This document shows, piece after piece, positions 11,816-25,234 of a stretch of DNA of 64,000 nt (the first letter of the stretch is position 1; every line of letters starts with the position of its first letter). The notes under the pieces were generated by a model. That model was not told the origin of the DNA. It ran no database searches and was given only the letters and a program-made list of their open reading frames with translations. This stretch comes from Entomortierella parvispora E1425 (Eukaryota; Fungi; Mortierellomycota), in NCBI GenBank assembly GCA_020891255.1, contig BQFW01000007.1, positions 1,302,001-1,366,000 of the forward strand, given 5' to 3'. Position numbers and translations under genes: made by a program.

Positions 11816-12218
11816 GAGATGTAGTTGCACTGATTGAAGAAACTGAAGGCTTCGTAACCTGACTGGAGGATGGCGGTAGGATGGAAATGAAGAGACGCAC
11901 CTGCATGCATGCACACATGCATTTTGCAACGGGCTCGCGCACGGAGAAAGCGCCGTCACATCACGTGCTGGCGCGTCCCACAGCCCGTGGGCGCAAGATT
12001 GCACGCGATGTTCTCATCCCAAACTAACCCAGCAAAAAGCACCGCACCCCCTTGCCTTTGTCTTTGTTCTTGTGGCGCCTCATCCCCCTTGGCCTGCTGG
12101 TGTCGATGGTTTTTTGGTACATATGTTCTTTCAGGGTCCATCTTGGATTCTCGTTACTCTCATTCTATCTTTCACCATTTTTTTTGTTCCTCTACTTTTT
12201 TGTACAACTGCCCACACC

Positions 12219-15200
12219 ATGCTCTTTCCACCAATAATTGCCTTCACTCTAGCCCTCCTTGCTGGTTGGGAGTTCGCCCAGGCTACCAGCTTATCATCCA
12301 CACCTCTCATGTTTATAAGAGACATGCTCCCAAACAGCCTATCTGATCGTCTTGGACACCTATCACCACCTGTGCGGGAGGCTAATATCAGACACTCTCT
12401 AACCTCTTTCTCGTCCAGAATGCGACCGGATGGTTTCCACTACTTCCCTTCTTCTTCCACCGTAATGTTTCTCACAGAATCCGATGAAGCATGGCGAAGC
12501 ACGAATGGTGGTTCTACTTGGACCAGAGTTCTTCAACAAGCTGGTCGACTCTTATCCCTATTCATCCATGACACCAACTCCCGCCTGGTGTATATCTTGA
12601 TGGCACAAGACGCCATTCTTGTATCGTTCAACAGAGGCGAGACCTTTGAAAGAAGGGAATTGCCGGCGCCACCAAATCGATTGGGATTGCCTGTCTTGGA
12701 GTTCCACCCAGAGCGAGACAAGGCCGACTGGGTTTTGTTCTTGGGTCAAAGAGAAAACGAGTGTTTTACGAGATTGTATCGGTCCAAAGACCACGGGTAC
12801 AATTGGCAAGAAGTAGATTCTTGGGTTCATAGAGCAGACTTTGCAGTGCTAGACAAGCATGGAAACGGCTTGCTTGCAATGGCCTGGAAGAAGCCAATGC
12901 CACATGGTGTCTGTCAAGATGAGGTTGTGTCTTCAATCGCACATCCATTGCAGTTTGTATCCTATGGCGACAAGGACCATCTGCGAGAGGTTCACTTTGA
13001 TCACGTTGCACAGTTTTCCAAAGTCGGAAAGTACCTTGTGGTCGCCGTGGTAATTACAACCTCTTTTGATCTGCATCTTCAATGAAGAGTTTGTTCTTCC
13101 AAGGATCTTGACTCTTCATTCTCCTCCTGTTTTTTCTGTTCCTAGGAAAAGGAGCACGAGGTGACCATCCACATCTCTCTGGATGGCAATTCTTTTACGC
13201 CTGCAATATTTCCTCCCAACATCCGGTTGGACAAGAACGGATTTACTGTCCTACAATCTACAAGCGGAAATCTGATCATTGACGTGTCCAAGTCGGAGGT
13301 CCAGGGTAGAGAAGTCGGTCGACTCTTTAAAGCCAACAGCGACGGCATTTATTTTTCTCTCCTGCTGGAAAACACCAACAGGAACAATCTTCAGCTCGTT
13401 GACTGGGAAGCTATCGGAGGCATCGAGGGAGTTGCTCTTGCGAATCAGGTCATCAACACCCGTGAGTTGGCAAGGGACGGTGCCAAGAGATTAAGGACGC
13501 TTATCAGCTTTAATGATGGTGGATCATGGAGCCCACTCACTACACCAAAGAATACTCCTTGCAGCGGTGGTGTGACGGAAAATGCCTTGGAATGCCGACT
13601 TCACTTGCATAGCGTCACAGAGTTCAAAGGGCCTGGGCTTGTCTTCAGCGCATCGTCGGCGGTAGGCATCGTCATGGGTGTCGGAAATGTAGGTTCGTAC
13701 TTGCTACCGAAACCGCTTTGCCAAACCTACCTCAGCCGTGACGCAGGCAGGACCTGGATCAAAGTGAGCGATACACCGGATCTATTCGAGTTTGGTGACG
13801 AAGGAGGGGTTCTTGTGCTAGTGAACCCAGCGGCTCCAACTACAGAGGCTTGGTTCTCATACGACTTTGGATCTACTTGGCAGCGAATTCAGTTCTCGGA
13901 CAACCCTGTGCTGGTCTCGTCCCTGATCACGGATCCAACCTCCCACACATCCCAGATTGTGATCACTGGCATCACCACATTCCATGACAAGGAGCAACCT
14001 CGTTTCGTTATCGCTACTCTGGATTTTTCGGATCGGCCTCAATGTGTCATGGACAAGTACAACAAAGAAAAGAGCGATTTTGAAAAATGGTCTCCACTGA
14101 TGGCGTACAGTGATCGTTGCATCCTTGGTCGCGAGGTGGGTGAGGGTCTTTTTTTTTTTGCAGCTCCATGTTCCATGTGTACTTCCGCAACTGTAAGTCC
14201 TCTTGGATTAATGAGTCAATAATTCCCCTCTAGGTCTGGTACTGGAGAAGAAAACCATACAGGATTTGTATGGTGAATGATGATGATGGCGTTCCTGAGC
14301 AGGAGCAGGTCAATTGCAAGTGCACGGAGCGCGACTATGAGTGCGATGTTGGTTTCTTTCGTGATAGCGAAGGAGGCTGTCAGCGTTTTAGCCATGATCC
14401 AGAAAAGCCAAAGGTGTGTAATGGCATCTATTTGGCCAGATCTGGTCTCCGTAAGATCGAGGGTAGCGTCTGTAGAGGAGGCTTGGAGTTGGACCATAAG
14501 CAGGTACTCCGGCCATGTGGTCTATGGAAGGATGTAGAAAGTCAAGTGAGCACGTTCGATGGACAGATCAAAGTAGACAGCTTGTTTTACTTTCCAGGGT
14601 CAGAGGTAATGAGTGGAGGTCAAGTATGTCCATCTTGTCAACTGATTGGTATATGCACAACATAAACTAAACTGGACACGCGAGGCCATCTTTTTTTTTT
14701 TTTTTTTTTTGTCAGACCGCCATGTTTGCGTCAGAATCTGGTGTATTCATCAGCGAGACTGATGGTGCGCACTGGGCGATGGTACCTGTAGAAGGGCACG
14801 CTCTTGATGTCCAATTGCATCCCTACGACAAATACCAAGCTGTGATCACGACAACAGAGACAAAACAGTATCTCACTCTGGACAGAGGCCTAAACTGGGA
14901 CGAGTTAGAACTACCTTTGCGACCAGCCATTACACTTGACCTCGAGGTATGGTCTTTCCACCCAACCCAGCCATATTGGATCATATACATGAGCGAGTCT
15001 GGATGCAGCTACATGAATGACGAAGTCTGTCATTCAAAGGCCTACTTCACAACGGACGGAGGACAATCGTGGGCACTGCTGTCGAGCTGGGTGAAATCTT
15101 GCCGGTGGTCCCAAACATCAGCTTTTACCCATGTTCATGAGGAAGGGATCTATTGCGAACAATATGTGAATCAGACAATTTCCCAGAGACTGCAGTCGAA

Positions 15201-17562
15201 CAGACGTCTACCAACGCAACTAATCTACACAGATGACTTTATGGGTTCGTCCACTGTGCTTTTGCCGTCCGTCGTTGGATACGCAGTACATTCCGAGTTC
15301 ATGGTCGCGGCAGAGGTGAGTTTACACGTAGGATCTATCGGACGCGGTCCACTTTTATCTTTCCAACGTACGCCACTAATGAATTCTACGAACTGAGCCA
15401 GATCAGCCAAGATGACTCGACTCTGCAAGTGTCTTCGAGCTTGGATGGAACTCGATTTGACTCGGTCAAGTACCCCTCCAATGTTCAAATTGGACATCCA
15501 GTAAGTAAACAGTTTCACGAGCGCAGCAGGGCTTGTCCTCTAGTCTTACTCTCCAAGATTTTTTTTGTGCGGACATCTAGGCTTACAGCGTACTTGATTC
15601 ATCGACGAGCTCCATTGTCATGTCAGTTATGACCGTGGATCGACCTGGTCATAAGTTTGGTTCACTTTTCATGTCCGATTCCTCAGGGCAGTTCTTTTCT
15701 TTGAAGAATCGACATGTCAACATCATCAATACGGAACGCATCGAAGGCGCAAATGGAAGCCCCACTGATTTTGAGCGGATACCAGGAATCGAAGGAGTGT
15801 TCTTGCTGAACGAGGTCATGAACCCGGACCAAGCTAGTCTAGGGCACAAGAAGCTCCTGAGGACTATGATCACGATGGATAATGGACGGACCTGGAGGCC
15901 TCTCAAAGCCCCTTCTGTGGACGTGAATGGAAAACCTTTTGACTGCACGGTAACAAGACAGTTCTTTTCTTTTCTTTTTTTTTTTTTTTTTTCTGTTCCA
16001 ATGAATTTTTTGGCATCATGGCGCGTTCCTTCTAACCATCTAGACCTCTATTCTCTTCCAATCAGCCCGGAGAATGTTTCTTAAACCTCCATAGTAGTGT
16101 CTCGGATGCGAACACCAAAGGACATATCCCTGGGATGATGGTCAAGGTCGGCAACGTAGGGCCTTACTTGCTCGATGCTCAAAGTTGTCATACTTTTCTC
16201 ACCCTTGATGGAGGACATTCTTGGCGTCAAATTCTCCGCGGTCCATATCAACATGCTTTCGCCGATCAGGGAAATATTCTGTTACTTGCGAGAGACGATG
16301 GTCAACCTACAGATACTCTCTTATACTCTCTTGACCATGGGCGGTCCTTTGTTCAATTCCGCTTCTTATCCTCTTTACCTGCTCTCCCTCCAATCGCTGG
16401 TGACGATGGCAAGGTGTTTGTAAGAAGGCTGATCACACGACTTCATGGTATCGGAACCTCGATTATGATTCTTGCCGAGCCCACGTTATCAATATCAACA
16501 GCAACACGGACGGCGGATCACTTGGTGGCGGCGTCGAAGCAGTGGCTCATTAGAATTGATTTTGCAGGACTCGATTTTCCTACGTGTGTTTTAGATCTGG
16601 AGGATGAAGACAATGATGATTTCGAGCGATGGAGCCTGGCCAGACCAGAGCAAAACGCGTTCGACATGACATGGGACAAGCAGCGACAGTTGGAGGAAAG
16701 GAATCATGACGAGGATGCCGTTGGTGACGACCAGCCTGAGAAAGGCTGTTTATTTGGACGGAAGGTCAAGTACTTGCGGCGGATCAGCGACCGACAATGC
16801 TTCTTTGGTCGCGACTTTGATCCCCGGCCACACCACGAGCTGGATCAGCCCTGTGCGTGCACACGGGACGACTTTGAATGCGCTTTCAATTTTGAGCCTC
16901 TATTCCTTCAACCACCTCTTCCGCCACCTTCCAACTCTTCTGCCCAAAGTCAGGATAAGACATCCTCATCGTTATCGTTCAAGTGCGTGCCTGTTGCACC
17001 TACTGGCATTCAACCTCTCAATTCTAGACCAGCAGAGATGCCGCAGGAGTGTCTTGCAGGCCAAGAGTTCTATTATGAGTCCATCGGCTACCGAAAGATG
17101 GCTATTTCCTCATGTGTCGGTGAACATCCACTTTTGGGCTTCAAGAAACCTTGCCTCGTCTACACCAATTCTCCAATGCCTCTGATCCGTCTCGGACTCT
17201 TGTGGATTGCCATCATGTTCGTCTCTGGGTTTTTCGGGTGGGTGACATTTCACATTGTCCGCAAAAGGTCCATGTCCACTTCAGAGCCTTCAACGCCAGA
17301 TGCAATTCATCTCCAAGCACACGCGTTCACGCCTCAAATCATCGCCATGTCGACTCTTGCAAGCATGGAACAATTGCCCCAGTCTTTGAAAGGCTCTCTA
17401 GAAGCAGGTTTAGACTATTTACGTGGGGCTTGGGATGTTGTTGCTCGGGCTGTACTGCCGTCAAGTGCTCGCCAGCGCCTGAATCGGAATCGTTATCAAA
17501 CGCTGGACAGCGAGCAGGCTGCACCAGAGGACGCCACAATGTTGGATGAATATGTCGACTAG
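12219..17562 (+). CDS. VPS10: Vacuolar protein sorting receptor Vps10/Pep1 (sortilin family), 7 exons, two Vps10 modules
   Basis: Signal peptide and 11 Asp-box/BNR repeats (STNGGSTW, SKDHGYNW, SFNDGGSW, SRDAGRTW, TTDGGQSW, TMDNGRTW, TLDGGHSW). Two Cys-rich 10CC-like regions, one TM helix and a tail with YQTL. All six introns (13050-13145, 14136-14233, 14606-14715, ~15316-15401, 15501-15580, 15950-16065) preserve the frame. Confidence 0.9.
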
Positions 17563-17766
17563 AAAACAAACATTTATCCTCAATAATCATTGCTTACAAA
17601 TCGAAAGATGATTTTTTTTTGTTATTCCTCATCCAACAAAGTTGGATCCGGCTTGGCAGTCGGTTATTCTTTTTATTTATTCAAAATGGTTATCAAGATG
17701 ACAACACCGTGAGGCACAGTATCTTTTCAAAATCCACTCGGAAGTAGATAAAAAAAAAAATTACAT

Positions 17767-19280
<1,514 letters not shown>

Positions 19281-19825
19281 TCATCCTTCGAATGTTCATT
19301 TTGATGATGGTGATCGCCCATCTCCTTGTAGAAAAGAAAAAAAAAAAAAAAAAAAAAGTCGAGGATGCTGATCCATGAATGTCGATGGTAGAGATGCTGT
19401 GTGGGGTAGATGGATCGGTTCCAATGCAACGATGGACCGATGGATGGATCCATGATATCCTGGGACGGTGCGATGTGTGCTCGTCCACCAATGTATTACA
19501 TTTTCTTGGATGAGTTTGAGAGGGAGCAAACAGAGTCCGCTCCGCTGGAAAGGATATCCTTTGATTTGCTTAAGGGTCTATCCTCTCGCCATTCGCCCAA
19601 ACCTCAACTCCGACTTGAATTCTTTGCCCTTCTTCTCTCCCACTGCTCATTTAGCTGAGTATTGCATTCGGTGCTGTGTTGGCGTGTTTAATGCCTAGAT
19701 ATATGGAGTGTCTCTGCTACTTCTCTTCTTGAGAAATTGTCCGTTCTGAAATCAGCAAACGACCTTGGTCGGAATTCTTGATATGTCCCATCTTCTTCTC
19801 ATCGTTCGTGTACTTGACATTTCCT

Positions 19826-20512
19826 TCAGTTGCTGGTGCCTGTCCGACGGTCCGGTTGAGTAGTATCCTCCTCATCTTCTGGGTCATCCTCAAACGCTCT
19901 TGAACTCAATGCTAGTTCATCATCATCGTCCTCCACTGCATGTCTTTCCTCCACGTCGTCATTGTAAATCTCGCCATCTTCTCGCAGAAATTCTTCGTCC
20001 AGGGCTTCCCAGTCAATTCCCACTGCTCCTTCCAGGTCATCTTCTGACAAGGCAATTGGTCCGCGGGCACCAGCCCCTCCATTTCGGTCCAGACCTCCGC
20101 CTCCAGAGAGGCTTTCTTTAAACATTTGTAGTTGAATGTTTAGATTCCGTGGCAAGAGCCTAGATGCACGACGGAAACAAAACAGAAGGCCCAGTAGCGT
20201 GCAGACCGTGACAAGTACTGACTATGGACCAAAAGAAGAAAAAGAAAACAAGCAGAAGGAAAGAGGGAGGCGTGGAGGATAAAAGGTCAGAACACAATTA
20301 CTTGCATGGCTCTATGTCATATTGGATCGATGCAGGGTGTTTAAAAGAGGAGGTTATTCGAGGATACGTACGAAAGCCATCCCGGCCGTAGGGTCCTCGT
20401 TATTTGTTGTGGCTGTTGTTCGTATGGATGCAAAAAAGAGTGCTGAAGGTCAGACATGGTATGCTTGAAACGCCAAGACGACCACAGAGTTGATGGCGAA
20501 GAGCGCCTGCAT
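19826..20512 (-). CDS. Hypothetical small protein with an acidic C-terminal exon (19826-20159); upstream exons uncertain
   Basis: A 3' splice site (CATCTAG) opens a D/E-rich ORF (LLPRNLNIQLQMFKESL...EDDLEGAVGIDWEALDEEF). Possible upstream exons at 20302-20311 and ~20372-20512 include a hydrophobic segment MQALFAINSVVVLAFQAY. Confidence 0.45.
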
Positions 20513-20928
20513 TATTAAGCAGCAGTTAATGAATTACATGGCATGGCACCCCCCTCGTATGAACGAATAGCAGGCATGATGATATGATGAGGAAGAGGTG
20601 GGAATGTAGAAAATGTGAAGAGAGTGGGAAAAGAATGAAGTTCGAAGCATGGGAATGGGGTCGAGTTTCGCATGCATGCATCTTCAGTCTGAAGCCCCTT
20701 AAAATCGACCAAATCCTTTTTTTTTCTATGTATGACTAGTTGCACCGTTGCCGACGGCCAGCACTCAGTTGTGTTTGAACATCTTGATGAAACAAAATAT
20801 GGTAGAACAAAAGAAACTAAGGTGTTTATGATAGACGTGAGGGTGGAAGAGAGGTGCGCAGATGGATTTTACGAAAAAAAAAAAAAGATCCTAAAAGATC
20901 TTGAACGTTGTGCTGCAAGGGATTTTTT

Positions 20929-22042
20929 TTAGTTGATATCGGCCATAGCTCCAGATTCAGATGCGACAGACGGACTGCCCTCGGCCTTGTTTTTGAGTTG
21001 CTGCTCCTTGGCAGACGAGGACGCTGGGGCAGTGGGTCCAGAGGGCAAGCCTTCGATTCCAGCCATGATCCTTGCGTGACTTTCCTCGCGGACCATATCC
21101 TGGTATCGGTGTTGCTTTGCCACATCATGGAGTTTGAAGCCGAAAATACGGGGAACATAGCGATCCGTGCTCTTTGGGGGAACAAGTTGAGGGTAAACCT
21201 GGAAGAGCATATGAGGGAAACTGCATCCGAAATAGGCGCCGTCAATCGAGGCATGGCGAGTCGACTTTGGGTTGTAAATGTCTTCACAGCGGCAGCAGAA
21301 CAGCTTTACGGATTTGGTGTAAGGGATATCTGAGAGCGCCACAGGCAAAAGAGGGTGGCTGTGGCAGAGAACTCGTGGGCACCGTCCAAAATCGCACTTC
21401 TTAAATTTTTCCAACTGTTGACGGCGGATTTCGTAAAACACAAAGACAAAAGAGAAGGTCAATGAGGCGACCTAGACAGTATATCAACCCGATAGCTCTG
21501 AAATCAAACTTGGCGTACCATCTTTGTAAGTCCATGTGTGGTGATGATGAAGCGAGCATGAATCAAGCCATAGAGGTGACGCGCAGACTTCTCGACAATA
21601 TCGCGCATCTCTTCGTCCAAGGTCTCGTCTAATAGGCAGTAGGGAGATGATACAGCAGGCGTAAGTATATCCCTTTCGTTCAGCAGCAGGATTCCCAAAG
21701 AATGGGAATGGTTCTCCTGAGGAAAGGCTTTGAAATTCTGCCAGTTTGAGCATCACTCACCAAGGTTGTCCGTAATCAAATCGAGCGCCTGTGAGTAGTA
21801 TTGCACCTCAGTGTTCAAGCCGGTCAAGTTGAATCTGTCCAAGATATAGTCCTCATCAACCTCGCAAAAATATTCGTTGCCCTTGGAGCCCAAAAACCAG
21901 TCGATCCAGTATTTTGTATAGTCGGAGTCCGACCCACTTGTATAATCTTCCACTATGATATAAATGATAATGAGTTAGGGTCATCCTTTTGGGTCACGGA
22001 GGTTTTTTTAAAAGTAGTGCAACGATGCATGTATGGCTTACT
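20929..22042 (-). CDS. CKB1: Casein kinase II regulatory (beta) subunit
   Basis: [41 protein letters not shown], the zinc motif CPRVLC...KLFCCRC, and IDGAYFG...YVPRIFGFK. The ATG appears split by intron 21953-22041. Confidence 0.95.
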
Positions 22043-22579
22043 GGTCAAAACTGAGCACAGATATCGAGGCGAGATACAGAGGTTTTCAAAGGCGACAAAA
22101 GAAGGTTGGACAATGGGGTTAGCTAATGCGGATTCATGGTGTACTCCTTGAAGTTGACTACATGTCCATTCATCAGTCCATCCGTCTATCCTTCTGTCAA
22201 TGTAATAGCTGGTTGGTTGTTTGTCTGCTTCCATTTATGGCTCGTCTCTGCAGGCGGGTAAACTCATCATTGCCCTCTCCGTCAATGAAATATTCTTCCG
22301 AGATGCAGATGTAGCAAGAATAGAATGCAAAGATGATGATAGGAGCTTGTGACTATGTTGGGGAATGACTCTGTACATACGTTGTGCCGCCAATGAGGGA
22401 TGAGGATGCAGGGTTCAGGGATGACAGCCAGAGCGAGGACGAAGAAAATGAATGCAAAAAACATGTGTGGCTGCGTGTGTGGGCTGGCAAAGTGCAAAGC
22501 CACTGCGCCAAGTCGGGAAAAAAAACTGCGATAATTTATAATTACACATGAGTTATTATAATTTATTCTATATTTCAAA

Positions 22580-25109
22580 TCACTCGGACATTTCCGCGTC
22601 GCTGCCCCACTTGTTGCTGTCGAGTGCGTTCGAGTCCTTCAGTTTGGAGAACCCAGTCTCGTCCATTTTCCGCCTCTTTACATGGTGTGCTGCAGCAGTT
22701 GAATCTGTTGGACGGCCTGAGCGATCCAGACGGGGCTTTTTGTGGGGTGGTAAAATGCTGTATATATCATCAAATTGAGGATCAATCGACTCATCCTCTT
22801 CATCGTCAGAGGGGTTCCAAGCTTCTTTAGTCCCTCCACCATTTTGACTGGCTCCAAAACCAGAACCTCCCGTAGGGGGGCCTAGGCCTGCCTGGGTTCG
22901 AAAAAGTCGCCTGAACCCGGCAATCCATCGATGATGCCCACCATTGCCACGCGACTGTCCGCTATTTGATCCTGCTGCCGTGGACTGGGTTCCTTCGGGG
23001 GCTTGAAGAGATGATATACCAAGATCTTGGAATGTTTGAACAAACCGAGATTGTCGCATTGGGTCTCGCCCCAGATAAACAGCAATGAAGCTGTGGATCT
23101 CAGAGTACTTTTTCCCTGAAGAGTCGCCTCCATTGGCCTGCTCGAATTTTTGACCCGCCATGACTACACAGGGCCAATCCGCTAAGCTCGATTGTCCAAA
23201 CCATCTTGCAGATGTTGGTACAAGAGATATGGCCTCCAGGACATTTCCTTGATTTTGTCCGAAACAAAAATGATGTTAGGATTAACAATCGTTACCAAAG
23301 TCGCTATCCACCTACTCACGGTTTGCACGCCACAGAATCATCTTTTCTTACCACAAGAGAACTCTTCCCAAAGTTTGGCATTCAATTGTCCAGCCAGTCT
23401 AACATCATCCAGTAGAACCACTTCGGTATCCGTCTCATAACGTCGTTTTGAAGGCAAAACCGGTACATGCATGAAACAGCTCTCGATAGGTGCTACTGTG
23501 GGTTTGGAGTTTGGGTCCTTAGCGTCTGCCTGCACTGATATTACCCAGGATTCGTTGTCCATGATGTCCGGCAAAGGCACAGATATTGGTGCACCTAGAA
23601 CTGAGCCCTCATAGCATGTTGGATCCAACTGAGGAGGCCCACCAAAAAAGCTGTACACACGCTCTAAAACGGCTATAGGCGCATGGAATCTCCGTTGGTC
23701 GGTCAAAAGGTGTGCAAATTGAGTAGAAAAAGGTTCGTCCTTGATGCCTGGTGTAGATGCTCTAGAACTGGACGATGAGGCAGCTGTATTTCCCTGTGAG
23801 GGCACGTTCAAGTTTGGTGTGCTTGCTGGAACGGAGTTCGTGGCGGGTATAATGGTGCTATTGGAGAGCTGAGGTGTTTGAACGGTAGCCGACTGGGAGG
23901 GTACCTGACGCATTGACCGCGACTTTGGTTGTGATTGTGGCAACGGCTTTTGCTGACGTTGCGCTTGTTGCTGTTGCTGTTGTTGTTTTTGAATCTGTTG
24001 CTGCGCTTGTTGTTGTTGTTGTTGTTGTTGTTGCTGTAACTGTAGTTGCTGTTGTCGTTGTTGTTCTTGATATTGAATTTGTTGCTGTTGCTGCAATTCC
24101 AACAGATGTTGCTGCTCCGCTTGTCTCAAAAGATCCTGCTGTTGCAGCAACTGTAGTTGTCGCTGTTCCTGCTCCAGTTTCCGCTGTTGTAGTAGCTGTT
24201 GTTCCTGCAGTTGCATTTGTTGCTGTTGCTGTAGTAGTTGTTGTTGTTGCTGCTGCTGTTGAAGTTTCTCTAATTCGGCTGCAGCTTTCAAGTCCCTCTG
24301 TCGTTGTATCGGCTCTGCCAGCGCTCCAAGAACAAAGCTCGCCGTCATCTCCTCAATGTCTTCTGGTTTCCGCGGCGTTAATTTCTGCTGTCGAGCCCAT
24401 TCGGTCAAGACCCTTTGCCAAAGAGCTGGTAGAATTGATTCCCGCTTCAGAGCTGTTGTGCGTAGTTCCATCGATGCTTGGTACAGTGCCTTGCATATCT
24501 CTTCTGACGTTGGCCGAACAGGCATAGCGTGTAATTCCTGAAGCATTTCCGCACACCCGATCTGTCGGTTGAAAGGAAAAAAAAAAAAGAGATAAAAAAT
24601 ATACATAAATCAGGAACCTTACTCCACAGAAGAATACAAAACACATCAGATTCGCCTTTAAACTTACCAAATCAACCCTCCTACTGCTTGAAATATCCCA
24701 TGTACGTTTACAAAACTCGTTTTCGTTGGCACATTTTGGTTCCTGTTTCCAAAGGCGTCGGAAAAAGATCTCTCGAAAGGCGAGGACACTGCTTTCAAAC
24801 GGTGACTTTTCCCGTTCTCCAGCTGCACGGACCAATCCTCGGCAATGATATTTCGGTTTCTTATTAATGTCTTGACGGATGAAGTAGGGGTCGATCTATG
24901 TCCGGGAGAGGGTAATGGTTGAGTACTAGAGTACTAGGACACTTGGGTACTGGTAGTGGAGCAGCAGCACGAAAAATAAAAGTGCTCAGCCCAGTTTCAG
25001 TCTCATGGTGCATCTGCATAGGTACCTGCTCTAGTATTATTTGCAGTTCCGTCCTTGGGGGCGCTGTGAGGTCACTGAGAGTCAAGTAGTCGCTGCTGGG
25101 TTTCTCCAT
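22580..25109 (-). CDS. Hypothetical multi-exon protein with a long poly-Gln tract and a basic C-terminal NLS-like region
   Basis: Frame-consistent splicing: MEKPSS...ILEQ|IDPYFIRQ...RRVDL|IGCAEML...polyQ...WEEFSC G|NVLEAISLVP... The C-terminus carries PPHKKPRL and HHVKRRK. No family recognised. Confidence 0.7.
23940..24270 (-). repeat. Coding CAA/CAG trinucleotide repeat (poly-Q)
   Basis: (TTG/CTG)n on the + strand, in frame in ORF 23338-24606. Confidence 0.95.
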
Positions 25110-25234
25110 ATATATATGCAAGGTTGTGAAGGGTGGTATGAATGGAAGGCACTTTCGAGAAATGCCCTCATGAACTGACCAACAAAGCGCGCGTCTATCA
25201 CGTGATTTTTTTTTTGCGTTTTATTTTTTCTTTC

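Noticed and set aside
11816-12004. N-terminal extension of SEC15 in ORF 11204-12004
   Set aside because: It lies in the divergent promoter region. Homology starts at MAEFDIQQLVL (ATG 11815).
22173-22270. ATGATGA...CTGA C/D-box-like pair upstream of CKB1 (minus strand)
   Set aside because: No terminal stem and no recognisable rRNA/snRNA antisense element.
23913-24527. 204-aa Val/Ala-rich + strand ORF
   Set aside because: Antisense shadow of the CAA/CAG poly-Q tract.
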